Positions 38,317-51,640 of a DNA stretch of 64,000 nt are shown piece by piece. Every line of letters begins with the position of its first letter. Positions within the stretch are counted from its first letter, which is position 1. The notes beneath the pieces were generated by a model, which worked only from the letters and a program-made list of their open reading frames with translations, was not told where the DNA came from and ran no database searches. Source of the stretch: Phyllobates terribilis (Eukaryota); NCBI RefSeq assembly GCF_046119375.1, contig NW_027362772.1:63984001-64048000 (forward strand), written 5' to 3'. The translations under genes and the position numbers were made by a program.

Positions 38317-38614
38317 ACCCCCATTCTATCTGCACCAAATAAAATTATCAACTAGAAAACTACTCTTGTGGTTGTAATTTGGAAGCATTACTTACTATCA
38401 GTAATGGAGTCTTTTTCTATCTCTAATTTACTTATTCTGGTCTGAGTAGGTAAAAGTTCTGACCTGTAGGGCTTGCAGACCGAATAATTATTTGTAAAAC
38501 GACAGAGAATACATGCATACATGGCAAACATGTATTACTAGAATATCTAAACGGCTGGGAACTTTGTGCTGTTATACAGTATATGCTGGTCGACCTCTTC
38601 TTGCTGACTACTTA

Positions 38615-40140
38615 CAGTGGGGGAAAAAAATATTTGATCCCTTGCTGTTTTTGTAAGTTTGCCCACTGACAAAGACATGAACAATCTATAATTTTAAGGG
38701 TAGGTTAATTTTAACATTGAGAGATAGAATATCCCCAAAAAAAAAATTCAAGAAAATCACATTGTATAAATTAGATAAATTTATTAGCATTTTGCAGTGA
38801 GAAATAAGTATTTGATCCCTGTGGCAAACAACACTTAATACTTGGTGGCAAAACCCTTGTTGGCAAGCACAGCAGTCAGACGTTTTTTGTAGTTGATGAT
38901 GAGGGTTGCGCACATGTCAGGAGGAGTTTTGGTCCACTCCTCTTTGCAGATCATCTCTAAATCATTCAGATTTTGAGACTGTCACTTGGCAACTCGGAGC
39001 TTCAACTCCCTCCATAAGTTTTCTATGGGATTAAGGTCTGGAGACTGGCTAGGCCAATCCATGACCCTAATGTGCTTCTTTTTGAGCCACTCCTTTGTTG
39101 CCTTGCCTTGTATGTTTTGGGACATTGTCTTGCTGGAAGACCCAGCCACGACCCATTTTTAATGTCCTGGCGGAGGGAAGGAGGTTGTCACTCAGAATTT
39201 TACGGTACATGGCTCCATCCATTCTCCCATTAATACAGTGAAGTATTCCTGTGCCCTTAGCAGAGAAACACCCCCAAAACATAATGTTTCCACCTCCATG
39301 CTTGACAGTGGGGATGGTATCATAGGCACCATTTTTCTTCCTCCAAACACGGCGAGTTGAGTTAATGCCACAAAGCTCAATTTTTGTCTCGTCTGACCAC
39401 AGCACCTTCTCCCAATAACTCACATAATTATCCAGGTGTTCATTGGCAAACTTCAGACGGGCCTGCACATGTGCCTTCTTGAGCAGGGGGACCTTGCGGG
39501 CACTGCAGAATTTTAAACCTTTCAGGCGTAATGTGTTACCAATGGTTTTCTTGGTGATTCTGGTCCCAGCTGCCTTGAGATCATTAACAAGTTCCCCCCG
39601 TGTAGTTTTAGGCTGATCTCTCACCTTCCTCATGATCAAGTATACCCCACGAGATGAGATTTTGCATGGTGCCCCAGATCGATGCCTCAGCGTCTTACTT
39701 ATGATTTTGTAGCCCGTTCCAGCTATGTGCAGGTCTATGATCTTGTCCCTGACATCCTTAGAAAGCTCTTTGGTCTTGCCCATGTTGTAGAGGTTAGAGT
39801 CTGACTGATTAATTGAGTCTGTGGACAGGAGTCTTTTATATAAGTGACTATGTAAGACAGCTGTCTTTAATGCAGGTAACGAGTTGAATAGGAGCGTCTA
39901 ACTGGTCTGTAGGAGCCAGAACTCATAATGGTTTGTAGGGGATCAAATACTTATTTCTCACTGCAAAATACAAAAAAAATGTCTAATTTATACAATGTGA
40001 TTTTCTTGATTTTTTTTTTGGGATATTCTATCTCTCAAAGTTAAAATTAACCTACCCTTAAAATTATAGACTGTTCATGTCTTTGTCAGTGGGCAAACTT
40101 ACAAAAACAGCAAGGGATCAAATACTTATTTCCCCCACTG
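38615..40140 (-). mobile_element. Tc1 IR/DR-type transposon (Frog Prince/Sleeping Beauty-like), internally deleted and frameshifted
   Basis: TA|cagtggggga ... tcccccactg|TA, about 215-bp TIRs. ORF 39067-39783 reads [17 protein letters not shown]...WSDETKIEL...FQQDNVPKH, with a deletion after ISKTL. Confidence 0.93.
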
Positions 40141-40660
40141 TAGATGGGCAGGATAGGCAAGAGATGTCATTGCAGACACCTGCATCTTTTGCATTGCATG
40201 TGTCCATAGGTCCTAATTCAACTGATGTTTGTTTGTTAGGCATCTGTACACACTGTATCCTTTAGGGTGAATTCACATTGTGCAGATTTTTTAGTGCAGA
40301 AAAATTCACAATGTATTACAGGACCAGCCAAGTAATTGAGATTTTTAAATTCTCACCTACACGTTGTGGAATTTTTATTGTGTATATTGACTTGAGGTTC
40401 AGATTTGGAAAACCGCACCTAGGCGATCCATAGGGGGAAATCTGCATCAAAATCCGCATGTTACACACAATGTTTAGTGCTGATTTGAAGTGGAAAATTC
40501 TGTATATATCTTTGTTTGCCCCTATTATCTAATTTATTTTTTTTTGCTGGATTGAAAAATGTAGTTGAATATTTTATTATATTCAGAGGCATTTTGCAAC
40601 CCAACGTCCCTCCTCAACCCCCCACCCTCCCGCGATGAACAGTGCTTTTCTTTCCTTTGA

Positions 40661-41448
40661 ATGGTATGTGTCAGCAGGTTTTTGCTATTTAATCAGAGAG
40701 TGGCATAATATAGGTGCAGAGACCTTGATTCCAGTGATGTGCCACTTGTTCGGTTTTAATACAACCAGTGTTTTATCAGCAGGAGATTATTACTGCCTGA
40801 CTAGGTCTCATGTGCAAGTCAGTCCAGCTAATCTGTATAATCCCGCCACCACCACTGATTGGCAGCTTGCAGACACTGTACATAGGAAGCAGGGATGTGG
40901 GCGGGGTTATACACAGCTCAGCAGTCAGAGCACTGCTACATCTACAGCAGGAAAAACAGGAATTCTATCAAAACTGCAGCAAGCAGCGCAGTAACATAGT
41001 AACATAGTTTGTAAAGCCGAATAAAGACTTGCGTCCATCAAGTTCGACCTGTTAGTTCTGTAATTGCTAAAGTTGATCCAGAGGAGGGCAAAAACCCCAA
41101 ATGATTTAGCCAATCTTCACCTGAGGAAAAATTCCCTCCCGACTCTGAAACCAGCAGTCAGAATAAATCCCTGTATCAACCTACTATTTTATTTTATTTT
41201 TAAGTATATGCTGAAATCTGCCTGGTATCTAGAAATGCATCCAGTCCCCGCTTGAACTGGTGTAGTGAATCCGACATTACCGTCTCCTCACTCAGTGAAT
41301 TCCATATTCTCACTGCTCTTACCGTAAAGAACCCCTTCCTATGCTGGTGCTGAAACCAGTAAGTGACACATCGCTGGAATCAGGGTCTCTGACCCATACA
41401 TTGTGTTGTTCTGAGATTACATAGTTCAAACCTGCTGACGGATTCTCT
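40661..41448. mobile_element. Kolobok/T2-type MITE interrupted by a CR1 fragment
   Basis: Inverted arms gtcagcaggttttt...gatgtgccactt / aagtgacacatc...aaacctgctgac; right end ctct|TTAA. Confidence 0.7.
40995..41356 (-). mobile_element. CR1 LINE 3' fragment
   Basis: gtaacatagtaacatag tail and agttgatccagaggagggcaaaaacccc; flanked by a cagtaa direct repeat (40989-94, 41357-62). Confidence 0.75.
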
Positions 41449-43287
41449 TTAACATGGAAGCTTATGGGGTAATGCATCTCACTGTATACTTAGGGGTATA
41501 TTTAGGGGAATCCTCCAGAATGATACGTCCTGACATACACTGCAAATTACAGGGTGAACTCATTTTACAAACTTTGTCACAATGAAAAAAAAGATTAAAG
41601 AAAATCTCGCACAAAAAAAAAAAAAACATCAATGATCTATGAGAAGAGTCGCGTTGTATGAAACATTGAAATAATTGTTCTGGTAAATTAGGTAATAAAA
41701 TGTATCATGAAATGTAGCTGCAATCAGTCCTTGTGAGTTCGGCAGTTTGATAGTGTGAACGGCTGTTGTAAGCTTCGAGTTTAGAATCATTACTTTGGGG
41801 GTTATTTTCTGTAGATGAAGGTGTACAAGACTATGAGAATTTCTTGCATATTTTAGGTTTTCGTCTCTAATGAGATTAGTTTTAATGCTGCAATATATTT
41901 ACGATTAAACATACTTATATGATGTGGTGATGGAAGTCCTTTCCTTTTGACAAATGTTAATTCTTTTAGTTTGTCATTCTTAGAGCGTATTGATTTAATT
42001 CACACCTAGCCCCTCTGTTTCCTTTCCTCTTTCGCCCACGCACCTTATCCCGCTATATGTATTTTGTGCTCTAAAACGGTTCTGTATCTGTTGACATCTT
42101 TCCTCCTCCTCCACGGTCCCTCCTTTGTTATCCAGGGGGGGTTCCTTTGACCTGTGACCCCTCCTGAGCTCTCCATGCTGTAAATGACACGTTATGTCCC
42201 AGACTCGCAGCTTGTGTCCCTCTGCCAGACGCCGAGTGACGGACAGCTTCGCCCATCGCTCAAATTGCACAGGAGCGGTAAAGGGGGAGAGAGCGCTCGG
42301 AGCCCCAGGGGGAAGAGTGAGGCAAAGGTGGAGGAGGAGAGGTCCCCAAGGAGGTGACTGGGACAGTAGGTCCAGCAGGTCCAGCATCCTCTTGAGAAGT
42401 CACCTACAGTAAATTAGTCTAGCTCTTCAATGGATATACAGATTAAAAGTTAGGTGACGAAGGCACGCAGGCATCACTGTCATGATAGGAAGAGGGACGC
42501 TGAGATAGGGGGACATCTAGAGGTAACGTCAGGCAGTCATAGGAACAAAGGCATAGCTAAGCACCTGCACCTCAAATCTGTATGTCGGCGACACCACAAT
42601 AAAAGAACACATCGCAGACGTGTCCGTCAGATGAGCTGGACGGGGTTCAGTCTCTTATCATATACTAGTGGGATGCACAGACTCCAAACCCGGAATTAGC
42701 AATCCAAATGGTTTAACTGATCCGCAGCCCTCAAAGCGAAACAGATGCAACCCCGAGCAGCATGTGGGTATAACGGAAAGCCGGCCTATTCCACTCCTCT
42801 CCTAAGAAGAGCACTGAGCTAGGGGGTTGGGATGCAGGGCTTTTCCATGCCAAATTAGGTTATTTTTTTATATTTATTCAGCTGGTGGTGCAAGTAAATG
42901 GTCGGGATAATAGATGGGTGGAATGGACTAAAACAAAGACTATTGCTCTGTTACGATTGTAGCTCCTGGTATCATTACTATTACTTGGCCATTTTGTATC
43001 ATATAAAACTTTAAATAATGTCACTGTATCAAAACCCAATAATACCTAATTATTTTATCAGGTATCCCAGGTCCAGTTGTGGATATCTGACTGATTAACA
43101 TCAGGGGTCTTTGTGTATCCCTGTAAATATTGGTCTAAGGGGTAACGTTTCTCCTTGTGGAGAGTGACATCCCAGCCCTGGCATGCCAATGTAAGGAGGC
43201 TTATTTGCTCCTCTGGGAAAATTAAATATGCAAATTGAGGCAATTTGCATATGTAAATATTGGAAGAGGCATGAAGTGATTTCCTTA

Positions 43288-43555
43288 GGCTATGTTCACA
43301 CGTTGCGTTTTTGCAGCGTTTTTTTTGCTGCTTTTTTTTAATGCAAATTTTCAGCTGCGTTTTACAGTACTAGCAAAGTCTATGAAATTCCAGAAATCTC
43401 ATGCACACACTTATCGGCATGCACAAGAGACAAATGTACCCTGTCAAAAACGCAGCAAAAACCTGCTTTTTGTAAGCAGCTTCTTTACTTCCAAGAGAAA
43501 AGGTTTTGCCTACAGGAAAAAAAACGCAGCAAAAATGCGACGTGTGAGCATAGCC
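43288..43555. mobile_element. PIF/Harbinger-type palindromic MITE
   Basis: TTA|ggctatgttcacacgttgcg ... cgacgtgtgagcatagcc|TTA. Confidence 0.9.
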
Positions 43556-43776
43556 TTATAATCCAAGCAAATCCTATGTGGCAACAATGAGGTGTCTTAG
43601 AAATATATATAAAAAAAGAAGGTGATAACCCGGTCACCTTGGAGAACAAATATAATTTGGTTAAGAATATACCGTCCCTCATCTAAGAAAAATCAGCATT
43701 AAATGCTATTGTAGTAGTTTTTCTTCTTCTTTGTAAATATTTCTGCTGAAATTCTTATAGATATATTATTAATATA

Positions 43777-43812
<36 letters not shown>

Positions 43813-45500
43813 TAATACAAAGTACAACTAATTGTTTTTATATTAAGTTTAATTAGTCATTGTGAAGTCACAGTCATTACGTGAGGCCCACATACATGTC
43901 TTCATTGTGGCAGGTGGTCATGTCACAGATAAAAAACATGTATTATATACTGTAATTCCATTAATAATGAGCTTGCGTGACGTGAGAGCCTTAACGTATC
44001 GGACAACGGAGGGCACAGTTATTACAATAGGTGATAATGTTATTGCATATTGTTTTTGGAAAGGGTCATTAGTTTAAATATAAGGGGATCATTCAGCAGA
44101 AACCGAGATGCCGCTGCCAATTCTGACCATGAATTGAGATTTGCTTGAACATAACCCAGTCTTAGTTTATTAGAAGCTTTCGCTAACTATGTAATTGTTC
44201 GTTGGTGGAAAATTAATCAGCATCGAATCCAGCCGATCTTATTAAAAAGCCGTCTATAAGCTTGGATGTCAGTTCCCCTGTTGGGGGACATCTCTCTTCA
44301 ATAGAGGGGGGGGGGGTAATAGATCTCATTGAAAAGGGGGTCCCGCTGGTTGAAGACCAAGGTCTCATCGGAAGCTGAGTCTTTAGGATGCCTTCCTCAC
44401 TAATTACACTGAAGCTCTCTGGAAGTCACTGTCATCCATTGAGGCCGTCTCATTGTTTGATAAGTAATCTTCATTATTGGAAGTAATTGAATGGATCTAA
44501 GGGACTGACCCCCCTGATATGCTTACACTACAACTCCCAAGATGCTCTGCTCAAAATGACAGGTTGTAAAGGTTTATTAAAAGAGAAATATTTGAAATTG
44601 ATATTATTAATGTAGAGACTATTTCATGGTCTCCGAGGTCAATTATTTATTGGTAGCTCTAGTAAATAGCAATTTAAAATGAATAGTAATAAAGCAGGTA
44701 TCTTTTTTTTTAAGGAGACAGATAATGCTTTAAGCCATCATTGGAAGGAAGCTTTAGCATTTGTAGCTTTTTTTCCCCAAAATTAATTGGAGAACGGGTC
44801 TGGTCTTAGCAAAGGTCACAGTCTTTGAGGGCACTCGATGGACTCTGCCTGCTATTTCTTTGCATAGTATTTTTCATACGAGAGCTGCAGCTCTCCGCGT
44901 ATCTCCTTGGAAGTAGCACCTTTTAAGAGCATCCTTTCGCCTTAAATGTAGTCTCTTTCTCATTTGTAAGCAGTTTCTCGCCTTGAAAAGCAGTTTCATG
45001 CAGTGATTTGAAAGTGTCCATCATCCTTCAAAGAGCAGAATGTGGTTGGGGCTTGCATGTACGTGTAACATGTTTGCATGTTACATGGTTACGGCACAGC
45101 AGGAAAGTGCGATCTTTTTAGGCTCGTGGCTTCTTTTGTGTCTTTTGCTGTCATGATGTCTTGGGTATTGTCTATGTTTTAGCTCCGAGTACTATGCCAA
45201 TCTCTCAGTAACCTGTTTCATCTACACCTCATATTCCTCCTCGCTTGCTCTGGCACGCTTGCTGTACTTGGCTTGACTTCTCATGCATCTTCTTCCCAGC
45301 GTTCCTCATTGTCATCTTAACGTAACAGCCTGAAACCTATGGATTAGATGCCCTTGGTCAACTCTTACCCGCTGGCGACTGCCACTCGTGTCCCGGTCAA
45401 ACCTCTACCCCTCTGTGGTATCGATGTCCGACTGCTCGTTTGTTGGAATAATTGAGGAAATTATGAAACAATGAAAGAATTGAGAATTAATTTTTATACT

Positions 45501-47917
45501 AAAGGGCGGACAACCTGTGGGCTACCGGCAGTTCTAGAAGGACACATTCCGGTATGCCCTGATTCCTAGCAGCAGTTCTAGAAGGACACATTCCGGTATG
45601 CCTTGATTGCTACCGGCAGTTCTAGAAGGACACATTCCGGTATGCCCTGATTCCTACCAGCAGTTCTAGAAGGACACATTCCGGTATGCCCTGATTGCTA
45701 TCGGCAGTTCTAGAAGGACATATTCCGGTATGCCCTGATTGCTTCCGGCAGTTCTAGAAGGACACATTCCAGTATGCCCTGATTGCTATCGGCAGTTCTA
45801 GAAGGACACATTCCGGTATGCCCTGATTGCTACCGACAGTTCTAGAAGGACACATTCCGGTATGCCCTGATTGCTACCGGCATTTCTAGAAGGACACATT
45901 CCGGTATACCCTGATTCCTACCGACAGTTCTAGAAGGACACATTCTGGTATGCCCTGATTGCTACCGGCATTTCTAGAAGGAAACATTCCGGTATGCCCT
46001 GATTGCTACCGGCAGTTCTAGATGGACACATTACGGTATGCCCTGATTGCTATCGGCAGTTCTAGAAGGACACATTCCGGTATGCCCTGATTGCTACCGA
46101 CAGTTCTAGAAGGACACATTCCGGTATGCCCTGATTGCTACTGGCATTTCTAGAAGGACACATTCCGGTATCCCCTGATTCCTACCAGCAGTTCTAGAAG
46201 GACACATTCCGGTATGTCCTGATTCCCACCGGCAGTTCTAGAAGGACACATTCCAGTATGCTCTGATTCCAACCGGCAGTTCTAGAAGAACACATTCCGG
46301 TATGCCCTGATTGCTACCGACAGTTCTAGAAGCACACATTCCGGTATGCTCTGATTCCTAACGGCAGTTCTAGAAGGACACATTCCGGTATGCCCTGATT
46401 GCTACCGGCAGTTCTAGAAGGACACATTCCGGTATGTCCTGGCTGCTACCGGCAATTCTAGAAGGACACATTCCGGTATGCCCTGATTGCTACCGGCAAT
46501 TCTAGAAGGACACAGTCCGGTATGCCCTGATTCCTACCAGTAGTTCTAGAAGGACACATTCCGGTATGCCCTGATTCCAACCGGCAGTTCTAGAAGGACA
46601 CATTCCGGTATGCCCTGATTCCTACCGGCAGTTCTAGAAGGACACATTCCGGTATCTCCTGATTGCTACCGGCATTTCTAGAAGGACACATTTTGGTATG
46701 CCCTGATTCCCACCGCAGTTCTAGAAGGACACATTCTGATATGCCCTGATTCCTACCGGCAGTTCTAGAAGGACACATTCCGGTATGCCCTGATTGCTAC
46801 CGGCAGTTCTAGAAGGACACATTCCAGTATGCCCTGATTGCTACCGGCAGTTCTAGAAGGACACATTCCGGTATGCCCTAATTCCTACCGGCAGTTCTAG
46901 AAGGACACATTCCCGTATGTCCTGACTGCTACCGGCAATTCTAGAAGGACACATTCCGGTATGCCCTGATTGCTACCGGCAATTCTAGAAGGACACATTC
47001 CGGTATGCCCTGATTCCTACCAGCAGTTCTAGAAGGACACATTCCGGTATGCCCTGATTCCAACCGGCAGTTCTAGAAGGACACATTCCGGTATGCCCTG
47101 ATTCCTACCGGCAGTTCTAGAAGGACACATTCCAGTATGCCCTGATTGCTACCGGCAGTTCTAGAAGGACACATTCCGGTATGCCCTAATTCCTACCGGC
47201 AGTTCTAGAAGGACACATTCCCGTATGTCCTGACTGCTACCGGCAATTCTAGAAGGACACATTCCGGTATGCCCTGATTGCTACCGGCAATTCTAGAAGG
47301 ACACATTCCGGTATGCCCTGATTCCTACCAGCAGTTCTAGAAGGACACATTCCGGTATGCCCTGATTCCAACCGGCAGTTCTAGAAGGACACATTCCGGT
47401 ATGCCCTGATTCCTACCGGCAGTTCTAGAAGGACACATTCCGGTATCTCCTGATTGCTACCGGCATTTCTAGAAGGACACATTTTGGTATGCCCTGATTG
47501 CTACCGGCAGTTCTAGAAGGACACATTCCGGTATGCCCTGATTGCTACCGGCAGTTCTAGAAGGACACATTCCGGTATGCCCTAATTCCTACCGGCAGTT
47601 CTAGAAGGACACATTCCGGTATGCCCTAATTCCTACCGGCAGTTCTAGAAGGACACATTCCGGTATGCTCTGATTGCTACCGGCAGTTCTAGAAGGACAC
47701 ATTCCGGTATGTCCTGACTGCTACCGGCAGTTCTAGAAGGACACATTTTGGTATACCCTGATTGCTACCGGCAGTTCTAGAAGGACATATTCCGGTATGC
47801 CCTGATTCCTACGGGCAGTTCTGGAAGGACACATTCCGGTATGCCCTGATTGCTAAAGGAACCTTTAGACTTGCAGCCTTGTCTGTCTGCCGGTAGCCTA
47901 CAGTTTGCCCAGGTTTG
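45501..47917. mobile_element. Probable hAT-derived element consisting almost entirely of a 44-bp array
   Basis: Inverted flanks ggacaacctgtgggctaccggcag (45508-31) and ctgccggtagcctacagtttgccc (47887-910). No TSD recognised. Confidence 0.55.
45521..47855. repeat. 44-bp minisatellite, about 53 copies
   Basis: Unit gctaccggcagttctagaaggacacattccggtatgccctgatt; gttctagaag recurs at 45531 and 45575. Confidence 0.97.
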
Positions 47918-50884
47918 CCTGACGTCATATTTTATTGCATATGTAGATTTGGTGCCTAAGCTGGTTGCATAAGAACACCCAGTAATGCTCCTGATTGGTG
48001 TGGGGCGGTGCTTTAGAGATAGGTAATCAGTAAACTACTGGAAGGCGAATGAGAGTCAGAAAAAGAAGTAGAGCTCAGAAAGCAGGAGGGTAAAACAGGA
48101 TTAGAGAAGGAGAAATGGGATCAGTGGATTAAAGTAAGGCAGAACCGTACAGGTAGAGAGGGAAGGCAATAGGTGACAGGCGGTGGGGGGACGACAGACT
48201 TTGTATTAATGAGCATTGATTAGAAAGCCGTTAAAAAACGTAAGTGGATTCTGATGAAGAATAGACTGAGAGCTAATGAGCGAGACTCACCCCAGAGAAG
48301 AGACCCTCACAGAGGTTCAGCAAGGTATTAGCGATACATTGCAAAAGCATGAGATAAAATAGGTGAAGACAGTCTTTAGGATGAGGGAGGGAGAAACGAC
48401 CGAAATACATTTCCTTTAATAGTGTGATAAAAGGGATGAAGAGAAAGCAAAGAGATGGAGGAAGTGGAAAAGGAAAAGTCAGGAAGAGAAGAAAAAAAAA
48501 ATGACAGGAGGAGAGAGAATAAGACTGAGAGAGACTCAGTGAGTTGGAGTGTGATTAGAGAGGGAAGAGTGTGAATAAAAGAAGAGAGAGAGGATGGAAG
48601 GCAGGAGCAGCGGGGGGCTGCGAGGAGGAGAGAGCCGCAGAGGTGTGGGGGGAGAGGAGGAGGCTCAGGGAAGCAGTAGTGGATTGTGCAGTGCAGTAGA
48701 GAACCCCCCCTCGAGCCCCCTCGTCACCGATCGATACAAGACTAAGCAATAAAGCATTTTCATTGTCAGATGCCCTGCATATAGTGACTGGTGTGAGAGC
48801 GGCTGCACTCCCCCTTCCACCTAATCTGAGCAGGAGAGCTCTGCAGCTTCAACACCCCCCTCAAGGCCTAGCTCACCCCCCCAGAATTGTACCCCCCCAT
48901 CCCCCACCCCCAGAGCCTCCACCTTCCGACTCTTCAATAATTCAGAGCTAGCACCTTTTTATTACTCTATGGAAATCTTTCTTCCGCCTCCCCCCCATTT
49001 TTTTTTTACCTTTTTATAGCTTCCCCGCCACCTTATCTCCTATTTTTATTTACCCCACTTGCTTTCATCCTTCAGAGCCCATTTGCCTAAGTGTGTCTTT
49101 CCAGTGCTGCCATTTCTTGCCTATTTACCTAATATCCCCCCCCACTACACCCTCCTCGATTAACTATGTTCTTCTGAACTCCCATCTTTCGCTAACCATG
49201 CCATGATGTGCAATCTCTTGTCAATACACTGTCAGATACAAGAGGGTGAGGTTTTTATTTTGTAGGACTCTCCGCATAGAGAAATAGTATGGTATTATTA
49301 TGACCGCCTATAGTGCATAGAAAAGATGAAAAACACTGTCCGCTATATGGACAAATGAGGAAAGGTAATAAAATTAGACATCGGAGTAGATATAGGAGCC
49401 GGCGATAGAAATGTATTGGGGGTTTTATAGAGAGACTTCTGTAAAACAATAGAACATAACAGAAGAGTCGTCCGGCACAGCGGGACTTATGGGAGCATTA
49501 GAGAATTATATAGGGTCATATCAGTTATATATAGAACCATAGGAGGAGCTGTAAAAAGGAGGACACAGTGCCATAATGTGTATTGTATAGATGGGTTGGA
49601 AGGAGCAGTTCTTGTTTTATTAGGAACAGTTATATAGGGCAATAAGATAGTGACCAGATGGAAGGAACGGACGATTTTTATAAAAATGATTTTATATTGA
49701 ACGGGAATTTATATAAAGGGCCCCTGAGGTGTTTGTGGTGGAGTCGACGGTTTCCCTACTTTATCTGTGGTGTAGGACATAGGACCGGCCGTGGACCGGA
49801 GCTGAGGGTGTCACAGTTATGATTTCAGGGACCGTGCAGGGTCCAGAGGAAGGTTAATTACGCTAATTCTACATATGGATGCAGGGCTCGCATATGGGCG
49901 CGCTCATAATTAATTATATTACATTTTATGTGCTTTTGGTTGAGCTGTAAATGACCTGTGTCAGATGTAACGTACCTGATGAATTATCTAATTAATGGTC
50001 AAATTAATCATCTTAATGAGCATCTTATACGGTGCAGCTGGGAAATTTATCTATCAGGATTTGTGTGAGCATCGGCCTTTCCTATAACGGGTTGTCCAAA
50101 TATAGCCTTTATGTTCTCAGCGCCCCAAATCTCTTGCACCCCAAATCTCTTGCACGCCAGGAACCACCACACATATCCAGCAATTAGCACCAGCAGCATT
50201 CTCTGTCTCAGCCTCCATTCTCAAGCATATTTAGGAAAATAATCATTAATAAATAGTAAGATACCTCCATGCAGGCAGATAGATCTGCATAGTATGAATG
50301 TGGCTACTTGTAAGAATTGGGACTTGTTGGAGCAGTGACCATTGCTGGATGCTGAGGTTTAACACAGTTCACACAGTGCAATTTTTCGGCAGTTATGCGT
50401 GTGTTTCCAGTAGGGTTTTTCTCATTTTACCCACTTGTTTAGATTCAAGCAAACATAATGGTAAGCAAATCAGCGCTTAAAATTACCAACCATGTAATAC
50501 ATGAACAACCAGGTCGGCCAGATCAATACATACTCTTTGTTAGGAGCTGACTCCATTCTATGACCATCATATACCCTAAGAGGCAGAAGTGATGGTAGCG
50601 GTTTGGGCAATCATGTACAGAGGTCCCAGAGCTTTAATCTCCACTGACATGAACAGTCTGCAGAACTCCGCACATTAATGACACCGGGAGTCGTTCACAT
50701 CCTGTATTCAGCTGCGTCTCTCTCTTCTATTACATTCACGCTGCAATATAATTATAAATGCAAAGCAAACTAATCATAGGAGGAATATTCCAGACCAACA
50801 AGCGAGCAGTCTGTCAGCTCCTCTAATATAAGGAATGAGGCAGGCGGGACGTCTTCTTACATTATTTACTAAATAGCATCTATT

Positions 50885-51640
50885 TACCCCATAGCTATCA
50901 TCTATCTATCCATATATCTATTATCTATCTATCTATTCATCTATCTATCTATTCATATATCTATCTATATATCTATCTACCTCATACCTATCTATCATAC
51001 CTATCTATCTATTTATCATATCTATCAATCAATCTATTATCTATCTATTATCTATCTATCTATCAGCTATCTATATATCCTCCCATCTATCTATATCTAT
51101 CATATCTATCTATTTATCATATGTATCTATCAATTATCTATTATCTATGTATCTATTATCAATCAATTATCTATCTAATATATGTAATCTATCTATTTAT
51201 CTCCTATCTATCTATTATCTATCAATCATCTATTATCTATTTAGCATCTATCCATGTATCATCTAGCTATCATATCTATTATCAATCTATTATCTATTCT
51301 CTATCTAATATCTGTCTATCTATATTATCTATTTAATATCTATATCTGTATATCTATTATCTATCTCGTCTATTATGTATATAATATTTATTATCTATCA
51401 TCTATCTATTATCTATATAATATCTATTATCATGTCCATCTATATTCTATTACCTATCTACTTAATATACTGTATATCTACGTAATATGTATATATAATC
51501 TATATATCTTGGTTGTCATATTTATCTAATATTTATGTTGTTTATATAACACCTAGCTATTTAACTATCTATCTAGTCTATGTATCTCGCCTAGCTAATA
51601 TTTATCTATCTAATTATCTATCTAATTCTATCTAGAGATA
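50885..51640. repeat. Degenerate (TATC)n / GATA-type simple repeat
   Basis: tatctatc throughout. Confidence 0.92.

Noticed and set aside
21296-40140. All four Tc1 transposases on the minus strand
   Set aside because: The chance that four share an orientation is 1 in 8; not significant.
45230-45460. Minus-strand donor (45368) and acceptor (45330) pair with short open frames
   Set aside because: The implied intron is only about 39 nt and the peptides are unrecognisable.
45521-47855. CRISPR-like appearance of the regular repeats
   Set aside because: Units are contiguous with no unique spacers, there are no cas genes, and the context is eukaryotic.
51121-51529. Tyr/Ile/Leu-rich ORFs
   Set aside because: Translation of the (TATC)n simple repeat.
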